Origin: a virus
Lineage: Duplodnaviria; Heunggongvirae; Uroviricota; Caudoviricetes
Length of the DNA: 43,880 nt
IMG/VR virus record: IMGVR_UViG_2877948078_000004
Direction: 5' to 3' (one strand)
In this document: positions 34,499-42,861 of the stretch, piece by piece
How the letters are laid out: every line of letters starts with the position of its first letter
Position numbering within the stretch: the stretch's first letter is position 1
Program-made: the position numbers and the translations under genes
Notes under the pieces: model-generated
What the model was told of the DNA's origin: nothing
Databases searched by the model: none
Seen by the model: the letters and a program-made list of their open reading frames with translations, nothing else

Positions 34499-35196
34499 AC
34501 ACTGGCTCCTTTCAGTCCGAACTTAGCTTTGATTTCTGCAATCTTCGCCAGAGCCTGTGCACGATTTAGAGGTCTACCGCCCATGACAGGAAGTTGTTTT
34601 ACTGGTTCAGGTATAGCCTCACCACGGTTAATTCTCGCAGTCATATGGGCAAGTTCATCGGCAGCCTTGCGCCGTAATTCCGAGTCAGTCAACGCATTAG
34701 CCCGCATGTTCTGATACAGGTTGGTAACCAGCCAGTAGTGCGCGTTTGATTTCCACGGATAAGACTCTGCGTCCGGATACAGGCCACGCTTCCGGCAATA
34801 CTCGTAAACCATATCAACCAGCTCGCTGGCGTTTGGCAGTCCGGCGGTAACGGATGCTTCTTCCCGGCACCAGGCGACAAACTGCCCGGGTGATGGCAGG
34901 AATGGTCGATTCTGCCGACGGGCTACGCGCATTCCTGCGTTAACCTGTTCCATTGTGGTGATCCCGTTTTCCCGGAAAGCCAGAACCCACTGGCGGCGGA
35001 TTTCGTTCAGTTCGTTCTGGTCCCGGTTAGCCAGGCTCGCCGGGAAAGTTGCCAGTAACTGGCTGAACACACCGTTGATGATCCGCGCTACCTGCTGTAC
35101 CTGCGGCTTTTCGTCGTACTGTTCCGGCATGTTGTTGGCGATCCGGCGCATCTGCTCACGGTCAAAGTTAACCATCTGTGCGGCGATGTTTTTCAT
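34495..35196 (-). CDS. P: Replication protein P (DnaB helicase loader)
   Basis: 233 aa, near-identical to lambda P as I recall it (MKNIAAQMVNFDREQMRRIANNMPEQYDEKPQVQQVA…). Confidence 0.95.
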   Translation of the reverse strand: MKNIAAQMVNFDREQMRRIANNMPEQYDEKPQVQQVARIINGVFSQLLATFPASLANRDQNELNEIRRQWVLAFRENGITTMEQVNAGMRVARRQNRPFLPSPGQFVAWCREEASVTAGLPNASELVDMVYEYCRKRGLYPDAESYPWKSNAHYWLVTNLYQNMRANALTDSELRRKAADELAHMTARINRGEAIPEPVKQLPVMGGRPLNRAQALAKIAEIKAKFGLKGASV

Positions 35197-36122
35197 AAAT
35201 CCACCCCGTAAATCCAGTCAGTGTTCGTCAGGTCGAGTTTTGGTTTGCCGGCTGTCACGCCAGCCTGTTGCTTGTTTCGGTTGATTTCGAGCTGGGTCCA
35301 CTTGTCGCGGAGTTTGGCCGGACTTAGCACGTTACCGGACCAGAAGTTGTCCTGGCATGCCCAGCGGAACAGCACGCACATGTCGCGGTGGTTACGTCCG
35401 TCACGTTCACGCATCAGGCGGATATCGTTAGCCCACCCTGCAAAATTCGGTTTTCTGGCTGATGGCGCGATGGTCTTCACCATGTCAAACATCCACTCTG
35501 CGGCGGTCAGGTCTTCTGCTGTCCCCCACTTGCTGCCGCTCTGAATTGCAGCATCCGGTTTCACCACAGGAAGATCGTTTTCTGGTTGGTCAGAGGATTC
35601 GCCAGAATTCTCGGACGAAAAAGGTTTTATATTGTCTTTTGTTAGTTTGTCTTTTGTGTTTACCTGATTCGGGTAAACGCCTTTACCTGATTTGGGTAAA
35701 CTTTTTTTACCTGATTCAGGTAAATTTACCTCTTTCAGGTAAACTTTATTTTTCTTACCTGATTCGGGTAATGTTGACCATTCACTGACCACATTATTAA
35801 TGCCGATATTCCGCCCGCTCTGAATAAAAATCCCACGCTTTACCAGAACACTTTTTGCAGCAGAACACTTGTGCGGCAATATCCCGGTCAACTCGGAAAG
35901 TTGCTCGTTGCTCACCCAATCCAGTTTTTTATTAAAGCCATATGTTTTGCGCATGACAGCCAGGAAGACCAGAAGCTGGTGCTGTGTTAATCCGGCCAGC
36001 ATCACAGCTTCCAGCAACTCATTTGCAATGCGCGTATAACCATCATCGAGATCTGCCACGCGCGGCTCCTTTTGTGCCGCATCCGGCACTGGAAAATTGA
36101 ATATCTCAGCAGTGTTTGCCAT
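35193..36122 (-). CDS. O: Replication initiator O (origin-binding), different specificity type from lambda O
   Basis: Start chosen at MANTAEIFNFP… with GGGAGG RBS (track ORF begins 30 codons upstream); contains iteron-encoded repetitive segment and lambda O-like C-terminal P-interaction region; overlaps P start. Confidence 0.85.
   Translation of the reverse strand: MANTAEIFNFPVPDAAQKEPRVADLDDGYTRIANELLEAVMLAGLTQHQLLVFLAVMRKTYGFNKKLDWVSNEQLSELTGILPHKCSAAKSVLVKRGIFIQSGRNIGINNVVSEWSTLPESGKKNKVYLKEVNLPESGKKSLPKSGKGVYPNQVNTKDKLTKDNIKPFSSENSGESSDQPENDLPVVKPDAAIQSGSKWGTAEDLTAAEWMFDMVKTIAPSARKPNFAGWANDIRLMRERDGRNHRDMCVLFRWACQDNFWSGNVLSPAKLRDKWTQLEINRNKQQAGVTAGKPKLDLTNTDWIYGVDL
35661..35770. repeat. 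Replication origin iterons inside O (five ~19-bp repeats TTACCTGATTCGGGTAAAC-like) followed by AT-rich stretch
   Basis: Direct reading: tacctgattcgggtaaac / tacctgatttgggtaaac / tacctgattcaggtaaat / tacctctttcaggtaaac / tacctgattcgggtaat, each an imperfect palindrome. Confidence 0.85.
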
Positions 36123-36208
36123 AATTCCTCCCGCAATGAGTGTGTTACGATTTGCACCTGAAAGTCGGTTCTGTTCCAGCAGACCGGCTTTCGCCATTTC
36201 TGAACCTG

Positions 36209-36748
36209 TCATATCGCCCCCAGCATGGTAGTAACCATCGCCATCAATGGACCAGCCAGCTCTGGGTCCACACGAAACATCGACACAATACCTTCACTAA
36301 TTTCCTTCAGTTTCTGGTGGCGTGGTGCGTTGAGAATGACAGCCTGTTTTGCCTCACTGAGTTCCTTTTCCATTTCAGCCAACCTAGCCATGAAGCTATC
36401 CTGCTCAACCAGGTAACCGCGATATTCCAGCGGTAGTACCGCCAGAATTGCCGGGGTCAGTTCACGCACGTTATTTCGGTATTTTTCAGAATCGAATTTG
36501 TTATCGAGGAAGCGGAACAGCTTCTGGCGTGTACGGCTGACATCATCAGGGAAATCGATGGTGCCGCCGCCCTGCTCCCGATACTCATTCACAATGAGTG
36601 TGGCAACGACATCCTGATTATCTACAGCCGACCAGGCGCGGACGGCATCACGGATTTTTTCGTGGCCTGGCACCTGTTTTGTTTGAGAACGATTTATCAC
36701 CGCAGTCGGGCTAAATCCGCTAGTCTGTTGGTATGGAAGTGGTTGCAT
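36209..36748 (-). CDS. Hypothetical regulatory protein at the cII position (YdaT-like?)
   Basis: 179 aa with AAGGAG RBS between cro and O; too long for lambda CII; assignment to YdaT-like family is tentative. Confidence 0.4.
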   Translation of the reverse strand: MQPLPYQQTSGFSPTAVINRSQTKQVPGHEKIRDAVRAWSAVDNQDVVATLIVNEYREQGGGTIDFPDDVSRTRQKLFRFLDNKFDSEKYRNNVRELTPAILAVLPLEYRGYLVEQDSFMARLAEMEKELSEAKQAVILNAPRHQKLKEISEGIVSMFRVDPELAGPLMAMVTTMLGAI

Positions 36749-36817
36749 AATTGACTCCTTTAGTTTGAATTGACTGTTAAGTTGATTGCTTATTGTTAAA
36801 GAGCGTGAAATGGAAAT

Positions 36818-37048
36818 TTAAGCTGCGTTCTTTTCGGTGTGTGGAAACAACTTCGGAAGATCCGGGCGAATCTGGTATGCCTTCACTACTCCACCAGTAG
36901 CCGTAACAATGCTGCCGACATGTTCAGGGGATACCTTTGCTTTGTTGTGAAGCCACTTATAGACGGCCTGCTGTGAAACTTCGCAGGCAGCGCCCAGTTT
37001 CTTTTGTGAACCAACGATATTGATCGCTGTTTTGATAGCTGGGTTCAT
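36818..37048 (-). CDS. cro: Cro-like HTH repressor (YdaS/Cro family)
   Basis: 76 aa with HTH (QKKLGAACEVSQQAVYKWL), divergently transcribed from cI across the operator region. Confidence 0.75.
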   Translation of the reverse strand: MNPAIKTAINIVGSQKKLGAACEVSQQAVYKWLHNKAKVSPEHVGSIVTATGGVVKAYQIRPDLPKLFPHTEKNAA

Positions 37049-37145
37049 AACAACCTCCGTGGTTAATTTGAATCAAGATTAAAACTATGGTTGTTTTTAG
37101 TCAACAACCATTTTCGTTTGATGGAATAAAACCTTGGTTGTACAT
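37049..37145. promoter_or_regulatory. OR operator/promoter region (pR / pRM) between cro and cI
   Basis: Perfect palindrome ATGGTTGTT-N7-AACAACCAT at 37087..37111 plus additional GGTTGT/AACAACC half-sites at 37049..37055 and 37135..37140. Confidence 0.7.
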
Positions 37146-37152
37146 TTGGACT

Positions 37153-37842
37153 ATGAAAACAACACTCTCAGAAAGACTTAAAGAAGCCAGATTAGCGCGA
37201 GGCCTTACACAAAAGGCGCTTGGGGATTTGGTCGGGGTTAGCCAGGCTGCTATTCAGAAAATCGAAACAGGGAAAGCTAATCAAACAACTAAAATCGTGG
37301 AGATCGCGAACGCTTTGGGTGTGCGCGCAGAATGGTTATCTTCTGGCGTTGGAAATATGTCAGACAGTACAGTGCAACCAATACAATCAACTGTCAGCCA
37401 TTCCAAATACTTCAAGATTGACGTTCTTGATATAGAAGTCAGTGCTGGGCCGGGAGTCATCAACCGTGAGTTTGTAGAAGTTCTACGCTCGGTTGAGTAC
37501 TCGTTTGACGATGCTCGTCACATGTTCGATGGTAGGAAGGCAGAAAATATCCGCATCATTAACGTGCGTGGTGACAGCATGTCAGGAACGATCGAACCAG
37601 GTGATCTGCTGTTCGTTGATATCACGGTTAAATCTTTCGACGGTGATGGTATCTATGCATTTCTGTACGACGACACCGCCCATGTAAAGCGCCTGCAAAT
37701 GATGAAGGATAAACTGCTGGTTATCTCTGATAACAAGAGCTACTCACCGTGGGACCCTATCGAGAAAGACGAGATGAACCGGGTATTCATATTCGGTAAG
37801 GTTATTGGGAGCATGCCGCAGACGTACAGAAAACACGGATAA
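37153..37842 (+). CDS. cI: CI-like prophage repressor (HTH + S24 LexA-like autopeptidase domain)
   Basis: N-terminal HTH (LTQKALGDLVGVSQAAIQKIETGK), C-terminal S24 motifs (…VRGDSMSGTIEPGDLLFVD…KRL…). Start taken as MKTTLSERLKE (no SD, consistent with a leaderless pRM transcript); track ORF begins at 37087 inside the operator. Confidence 0.85.
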   Translation: MKTTLSERLKEARLARGLTQKALGDLVGVSQAAIQKIETGKANQTTKIVEIANALGVRAEWLSSGVGNMSDSTVQPIQSTVSHSKYFKIDVLDIEVSAGPGVINREFVEVLRSVEYSFDDARHMFDGRKAENIRIINVRGDSMSGTIEPGDLLFVDITVKSFDGDGIYAFLYDDTAHVKRLQMMKDKLLVISDNKSYSPWDPIEKDEMNRVFIFGKVIGSMPQTYRKHG

Positions 37843-37923
37843 TCAGCCGCGTGTTGATGAGGCTTTTGGGTAATACGCTGAAGAAAATACCTTATAAAAA
37901 ATAACATTACGGGAAAGGCAAAA

Positions 37924-38187
37924 ATGAGTAATAAAACACTTGTTAAAAAATCAAATAACTGTGTCGATGCATACGCCGACGCGTTTGGCTACTCTTCGTT
38001 TGGTGACGGCTCTCAGCGCCTAGGTTCAATTTCTTTTTTTCATAATGTAACTGAATGGCCTGTTGATGAAAGTGACGATGTTGAGAACATAAAGTACAAC
38101 ATTGCAACCATTAGAATGCCCGAAGAATTGATGCTTAAATTGGCTGACTTCATTCGCGACCAGCATGACAAAGCTAAAACAAACTAA
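37924..38187 (+). CDS. Hypothetical protein (87 aa) co-oriented downstream of cI (rexA position)
   Basis: ORF in AT-rich segment immediately after cI, same strand; no recognisable family. Confidence 0.5.
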   Translation: MSNKTLVKKSNNCVDAYADAFGYSSFGDGSQRLGSISFFHNVTEWPVDESDDVENIKYNIATIRMPEELMLKLADFIRDQHDKAKTN

Positions 38188-38199
38188 TCGTAATTAATT

Positions 38200-38643
38200 A
38201 TGAAACACGATTATTACGAAGCTCCAAACCTAAATGATAAAATTGCAAAGGCGGCAGAATCATTTTGTTTGCACTCCAGTGCGTCTTCCCAGCTAGCAGG
38301 TATATCTGGAAAAAGATGGGACATGCTACAATCAAGTGGTAGCAGTGGGTCTGGGAGTGATAACATGCCTGAAAAAGTTGCAAAACTGGAGTCCGATGTT
38401 GCTCATATCAAACGAGACGTTGATGAACTTAAAACAGACGTTAAAGCTATCGACAAAAATATGATAACTATTCTTGCACGTCTGGACTCTATAAAAGAAT
38501 CCTTAACAAACAAGCCATCAAGTGATGCTGTCGATAGAAAGATTTCAGACGCAAAGCTTGCGGTATTGCTTGGTGTTCCAGCAATCATCGCTGCAGGAAC
38601 AGGACTTTATAAGCTATCAATGTACTTTTTCTTTAGTGCTTAA
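38200..38643 (+). CDS. Hypothetical protein (147 aa) with coiled-coil region and C-terminal transmembrane helix (rexB position)
   Basis: Heptad-like charged region (KVAKLESDVAHIKRDVDELKTDVKAIDKNMITILARLDSIKESL) and C-terminal hydrophobic segment (LAVLLGVPAIIAAGTGLYKLSMYFFF). Confidence 0.5.
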   Translation: MKHDYYEAPNLNDKIAKAAESFCLHSSASSQLAGISGKRWDMLQSSGSSGSGSDNMPEKVAKLESDVAHIKRDVDELKTDVKAIDKNMITILARLDSIKESLTNKPSSDAVDRKISDAKLAVLLGVPAIIAAGTGLYKLSMYFFFSA

Positions 38644-38720
38644 GCAAATGCTCGCCCCCTTGCATTAGGTAAAGCGATTTTTCATTCCCCATTACCCTCG
38701 CTCTTAACCAATCATCTAAA

Positions 38721-38747
38721 CCCGGCCACCGTGCCGGGTTTTCTTTT
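38721..38747 (+). terminator. Intrinsic terminator after the cI operon (tImm-like)
   Basis: CCCGGC-CACCGT-GCCGGG followed by TTTTCTTTT on + strand. Confidence 0.6.
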
Positions 38748-38844
38748 GCCCTCCCCTCATCATACACCGTTCAAAAAAACCACCACGACCTCGCTTCAGT
38801 TATCGCTATGCGATGCAAGTCACAAAATAAATCCATCTTAAATA

Positions 38845-38910
38845 CAACCAGTTATATCTAAAACAACCAACAAAACAACTTTTGTTGTTGGCGATAAAAC
38901 AACTATAGTT
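38845..38910. promoter_or_regulatory. Candidate OL operators / pL promoter
   Basis: Repeated ACAACC/GGTTGT-type half-sites (same motif as OR), including palindrome CCAACAAAACAACTTTTGTTGTTGG; candidate -35 TTGTTG / -10 TATAGT (38904..38909) reading rightward on + strand. Confidence 0.5.
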
Positions 38911-39109
38911 TTAAATGAGTTCATCGCAACAACACAACGATACGGCAACCACCTGATTCACCGTTGCGATGACCGCTTAGATCCGCAGCTTGAATTTCAG
39001 CAGGCTTCGGGGAGTGCGAGGGATGAAACGGACGCGTGAACGTCGGTGTGACCAGCTGAAATCAACTCAACATTTCATACCTTAGTCGCTTCAACGAGGC
39101 GGCTTAGTT

Positions 39110-39400
39110 ATGACAACCGGCGGCCATCCACCGCCTGAATACGCGCAGAAGTCTTTATATGTTCAGCAGCCCAGCTTACGGGCAGGAGTTTTTATGGTTC
39201 ATCAACATTACGGAACGCAGACCGTTAATCGCGGTGCGGTCATGCCAGGAATGCTGGTCAAACGCAAAGATGGTACCTGGACTGCATCAGCTAATTTACG
39301 CGGACGACTTTATCTGCATCGCGGCATTGAGCGCACTTATACCCGTGACTTGCTCGTGGAAGTTTTTCTCGACGGACGCGGCAACGGTCTGAATCACTAA
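39110..39400 (+). CDS. Hypothetical early-left protein (kil/cIII position)
   Basis: 96 aa ORF directly upstream of and in frame with gam, separated by a TAA; no recognisable family. Confidence 0.4.
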   Translation: MTTGGHPPPEYAQKSLYVQQPSLRAGVFMVHQHYGTQTVNRGAVMPGMLVKRKDGTWTASANLRGRLYLHRGIERTYTRDLLVEVFLDGRGNGLNH

Positions 39401-39475
39401 TCCCCTTTCCTGTTTTCCGAATCAGCCTGGCATTCCGCGGGCGATTTTTTCACAGCCATTTTCAGGAGTTCAGCC

Positions 39476-39772
39476 ATGAACGCTTATTACATTCAGGATC
39501 GTCTTGAGGCTCAGAGCTGGGCGCGTCACTACCAGCAGATCGCCCGTGAAGAGAAAGAGGCAGAACTGGCAGACGACCTGGAAAAGGGTCTGCCCCAGCA
39601 TTTGTTTGAATCGCTCTGCATCGATCATTTGCAACGTCACGGGGCCAGCAAAAAAGCCATTACCCGTGCGTTTGATGACGATGTTGAGTTTCAGGAGCGC
39701 ATGGCAGAACACATCCGGTACATGGTTGAAACCATTGCTCACCACCAGGTTGATATTGATTCAGAGGTATAA
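39476..39772 (+). CDS. gam: Gam (GamS form), RecBCD inhibitor
   Basis: 98 aa [34 protein letters not shown]… matches lambda GamS; the upstream in-frame region resembles the lambda long-Gam N-terminus but is closed by a stop. Confidence 0.9.
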   Translation: MNAYYIQDRLEAQSWARHYQQIAREEKEAELADDLEKGLPQHLFESLCIDHLQRHGASKKAITRAFDDDVEFQERMAEHIRYMVETIAHHQVDIDSEV

Positions 39773-39777
39773 AACGG

Positions 39778-40563
39778 ATGAGTACAGCACTCGCAACGCT
39801 GGCTGGGAAGCTGGCTGAACGTGTCGGCATGGATTCTGTCGACCCACAGGAACTGATCACCACTCTTCGCCAGACAGCATTTAAAGGTGATGCCAGCGAT
39901 GCGCAGTTCATCGCATTGCTGATCGTCGCCAACCAGTACGGCCTTAATCCGTGGACGAAAGAAATTTACGCCTTCCCTGATAAGCAGAACGGCATCGTTC
40001 CGGTGGTGGGCGTTGATGGCTGGTCCCGTATCATCAATGAAAACCAGCAGTTTGATGGCATGGACTTTGAGCAGGACAATGAATCCTGCACATGCCGGAT
40101 TTACCGCAAGGACCGTAATCATCCGATCTGCGTTACCGAGTGGATGGATGAATGCCGCCGCGAACCATTCAAAACCCGCGAAGGCAGAGAAATCACGGGG
40201 CCGTGGCAGTCGCATCCCAAACGGATGTTACGTCATAAAGCCATGATTCAGTGTGCCCGTCTGGCCTTCGGATTTGCTGGTATCTATGACAAGGATGAAG
40301 CCGAGCGCATTGTCGAAAATACCGCATACACTGCAGAACGTCAGCCGGAACGCGACATCACTCCGGTTAACGATGAAACCATGCAGGAGATTAACACTCT
40401 GCTGATTGCCCTGGATAAAACATGGGATGACGACTTATTGCCGCTCTGTTCCCAGATATTTCGCCGCGACATTCGCGCATCGTCAGAACTGACACAGGTC
40501 GAAGCAGTGAAAGCTCTCGGATTCCTGAAACAGAAAGCCACTGAGCAGAAGGTGGCAGCATGA
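39778..40563 (+). CDS. bet: Bet (Red-beta single-strand annealing protein)
   Basis: 261 aa [66 protein letters not shown]… matches lambda Bet. Confidence 0.95.
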   Translation: MSTALATLAGKLAERVGMDSVDPQELITTLRQTAFKGDASDAQFIALLIVANQYGLNPWTKEIYAFPDKQNGIVPVVGVDGWSRIINENQQFDGMDFEQDNESCTCRIYRKDRNHPICVTEWMDECRREPFKTREGREITGPWQSHPKRMLRHKAMIQCARLAFGFAGIYDKDEAERIVENTAYTAERQPERDITPVNDETMQEINTLLIALDKTWDDDLLPLCSQIFRRDIRASSELTQVEAVKALGFLKQKATEQKVAA

Positions 40564-41240
40564 CACCGGACATTATCCTGCAGCGTACCGGGATCGACGT
40601 GAGAGCTGTCGAACAGGGGGATGATGCATGGCACAAATTACGGCTCGGCGTCATCACCGCTTCAGAAGTTCACAACGTGATAGCAAAGCCCCGCTCAGGA
40701 AAGAAGTGGCCTGACATGAAAATGTCCTACTTCCACACCCTGCTGGCTGAGGTTTGCACCGGTGTGGCTCCGGAAGTTAATGCTAAGGCGCTGGCCTGGG
40801 GAAAACAGTACGAGAACGACGCCAGAACCCTGTTTGAATTCACTTCCGGCGTGAATGTTACTGAATCCCCGATCATCTATCGCGACGAAAGTATGCGCAC
40901 CGCCTGCTCTCCAGATGGTTTATGCAGTGACGGCAACGGCCTTGAACTGAAATGCCCGTTTACCTCCCGGGATTTCATGAAATTCCGGCTCGGTGGTTTT
41001 GAGGCAATAAAATCGGCTTACATGGCCCAGGTGCAGTACAGCATGTGGGTGACGCGAAAAGATGCCTGGTACTTTGCCAACTATGACCCGCGCATGAAGC
41101 GTGAAGGCCTACATTATGTCGTGATTGAGCGGGATGAAAAGTACATAGCGAGTTTTGACGAGATGGTGCCGGAGTTCATCGAAAAAATGGACGAGGCACT
41201 GGCTGAAATTGGTTTTGTATTTGGGGAGCAATGGCGATGA
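40560..41240 (+). CDS. exo: Exo (Red-alpha 5'-3' exonuclease)
   Basis: 226 aa [65 protein letters not shown]… matches lambda Exo. Confidence 0.95.
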   Translation: MTPDIILQRTGIDVRAVEQGDDAWHKLRLGVITASEVHNVIAKPRSGKKWPDMKMSYFHTLLAEVCTGVAPEVNAKALAWGKQYENDARTLFEFTSGVNVTESPIIYRDESMRTACSPDGLCSDGNGLELKCPFTSRDFMKFRLGGFEAIKSAYMAQVQYSMWVTRKDAWYFANYDPRMKREGLHYVVIERDEKYIASFDEMVPEFIEKMDEALAEIGFVFGEQWR

Positions 41241-41419
41241 AGCATCCTCACGATAATATCCGGGTAGGCGCGATCACTTTCGTCTACTCCGTTACAAAGC
41301 GAGGCTGGGTATTTCCCGGCCTTTCTGTTACCCGAAATCCCCTGAAAGCACAGCGGCTGGCTGAGGAGATAAATAATAAACGGGGAGCTGTATGCACAAA
41401 GCATCTCCTGTTGAGTTAA
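41231..41419 (+). CDS. Small early-left protein (lambda orf60a-like)
   Basis: 62 aa ORF overlapping exo stop; position matches the small ORFs after exo in lambda. Confidence 0.5.
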   Translation: MAMKHPHDNIRVGAITFVYSVTKRGWVFPGLSVTRNPLKAQRLAEEINNKRGAVCTKHLLLS

Positions 41420-41583
41420 GAACGAGCATTGAGATGGCACATAGCCTCGCTCAAATTGGAGTCAGGTTTGTGCCAATACCAGTAGAAACAGACGAAGAAT
41501 TTCATACGTTAGCCGCATCCCTTTCACAAAAGCTGGAGATGATGGTGGCGAAAGCAGAAGCAGATGAGAGAGACCAGGTATGA
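41392..41583 (+). CDS. Small early-left protein (lambda orf63-like)
   Basis: 63 aa ORF, translationally coupled to neighbours. Confidence 0.5.
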   Translation: MHKASPVELRTSIEMAHSLAQIGVRFVPIPVETDEEFHTLAASLSQKLEMMVAKAEADERDQV

Positions 41584-41663
41584 CAACCACTGAATGCATT
41601 TTTCTGGCAGCGGGCTTCATATTCTGTGTGCTTATGCTTGCCGACATGGGACTTGTTCAATGA
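41580..41663 (+). CDS. 27-codon hydrophobic peptide
   Basis: MTTTECIFLAAGFIFCVLMLADMGLVQ; start overlaps upstream stop (ATGA) and its stop overlaps the next start (ATGA). Confidence 0.3.
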   Translation: MTTTECIFLAAGFIFCVLMLADMGLVQ

Positions 41664-41875
41664 CACCTCAGCAAGAAAACGCCCTTCGCAGTATTGCCCG
41701 TCAGGCTAATTCTGAAATCAAAAAAGCCAGACAGCAGTTTCCGGATAAAAACGTCGATGACATTTGCCGTAGCGTACTTAAGAAGCACCGCGAAACGGTA
41801 ACGCTGATGGGATTCACACCGACTCATTTAAGCCTGGCGATCGGCATGTTAAACGGCGTCTTTAAGGAACGGTGA
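41660..41875 (+). CDS. Small early-left protein (lambda orf61-like)
   Basis: 71 aa from MTPQQENALRSIARQANSEIKKARQQF…; track ORF extends 22 codons upstream. Confidence 0.5.
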   Translation: MTPQQENALRSIARQANSEIKKARQQFPDKNVDDICRSVLKKHRETVTLMGFTPTHLSLAIGMLNGVFKER

Positions 41876-41896
41876 ACATGAAAAGCAAAATCATCA

Positions 41897-41920
41897 GGGA
41901 GCTACAGGCTCCTTTTTTAT
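41897..41920 (+). terminator. Intrinsic terminator-like hairpin
   Basis: GGGAGC-TACA-GGCTCC followed by TTTTTTATT on + strand. Confidence 0.5.
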
Positions 41921-41973
41921 TGTTCGCATTCATCCTCAAGCGTATTAACCAACAATTCAGGGATTAATGGAAG

Positions 41974-42192
41974 ATGGCAGACATCATTGATTCAGCATCA
42001 GAAATCGAAGAATTACAGCGCAATACAGCAATAAAAATGCGTCGTCAGAACTACCAGACTGTATCCGCAACTCATTGTTGTGAGTGTGGCGATCCGATAG
42101 ATGAGCGAAGACGCCTGGCTGTTCAGGGTTGTCGGACTTGTGCAAGTTGCCAGGAGGAGATCGAACTTAAGAACAAACAATGGGGACTGTGA
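41974..42192 (+). CDS. TraR/DksA-family C4 zinc-finger protein
   Basis: 72 aa with CxxC-N17-CxxC (CCECGDPIDERRRLAVQGCRTCASC), typical of phage TraR-like proteins. Confidence 0.75.
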   Translation: MADIIDSASEIEELQRNTAIKMRRQNYQTVSATHCCECGDPIDERRRLAVQGCRTCASCQEEIELKNKQWGL

Positions 42193-42239
42193 TGGCCTCA
42201 AAGCAGCAAATTTCAACATCGTCCAACTGAGGTGTAAAA

Positions 42240-42518
42240 ATGTTCAGAATCATTTTTCCTAACACCTGGTACGTCGACCACCACGGCACTCCCTGCAAAA
42301 TCCTGCGTTCTACCCACAACAAAGTTCACTACATCCGAAAAGGCAGAACATGTATCGCCAGCATGTTCCGCTTTAATCATGACTTTGAACCTGTGAATAA
42401 AGCTGATGCAGATCGGATAGCAGAAGAGATCGAAACGGCAGAACACATTAAGAAGTTACGTGACATGCGTTCAAAAAGCAGAGGTAACCATGGAATCATA
42501 CAGCCTCACACTCGATGA
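42240..42518 (+). CDS. Hypothetical protein
   Basis: 92 aa ORF upstream of xis; no recognisable family; 3' end overlaps xis start. Confidence 0.4.
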   Translation: MFRIIFPNTWYVDHHGTPCKILRSTHNKVHYIRKGRTCIASMFRFNHDFEPVNKADADRIAEEIETAEHIKKLRDMRSKSRGNHGIIQPHTR

Positions 42519-42861
42519 GGCCTGTCAGTTTCTTAAGATATCCAGACCAACCGCCACCAACTGGATACGAACAGGCCGCCTACAGGCAACACGTAAAGAT
42601 CCAACCAAGCCGAAATCTCCTTACCTCACAACACGGCAAGCCTGCATTGCGGCGCTTCAGTCTCCGCTGCATACTGTCCAGGTGAGCGCGGGTGATGGCA
42701 TAACAGAGGAAAGAAAATGTCACTCTTCCGCAGAAATGAAATATGGTATGCCTCGTATTCGCTCCCGGGCGGGAAACGAATTAAGGAATCTCTTGGCACA
42801 AAGGACAAGCGGCAAGCTCAGGAGTTGCACGACAAGCGAAAAGCAGAACTCTGGCGAGTAG
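42490..42861 (+). CDS. xis: Excisionase (AlpA/MerR-like HTH) with C-terminal extension
   Basis: ATG with GAGGT RBS; N-terminal HTH ([28 protein letters not shown]) typical of AlpA-type excisionases. Reading frame stays open 145 nt into int, so the true C-terminal extent is uncertain. Confidence 0.6.
   Translation: MESYSLTLDEACQFLKISRPTATNWIRTGRLQATRKDPTKPKSPYLTTRQACIAALQSPLHTVQVSAGDGITEERKCHSSAEMKYGMPRIRSRAGNELRNLLAQRTSGKLRSCTTSEKQNSGE

Noticed and set aside
38699-38707. Exact match to the lambda boxA core (CGCTCTTAA)
   Set aside because: Lies upstream of the tImm-like terminator and of the candidate pL, so not positioned as a nutL; a 9-mer can occur by chance in 44 kb. Kept only as a note in the N-absence finding.
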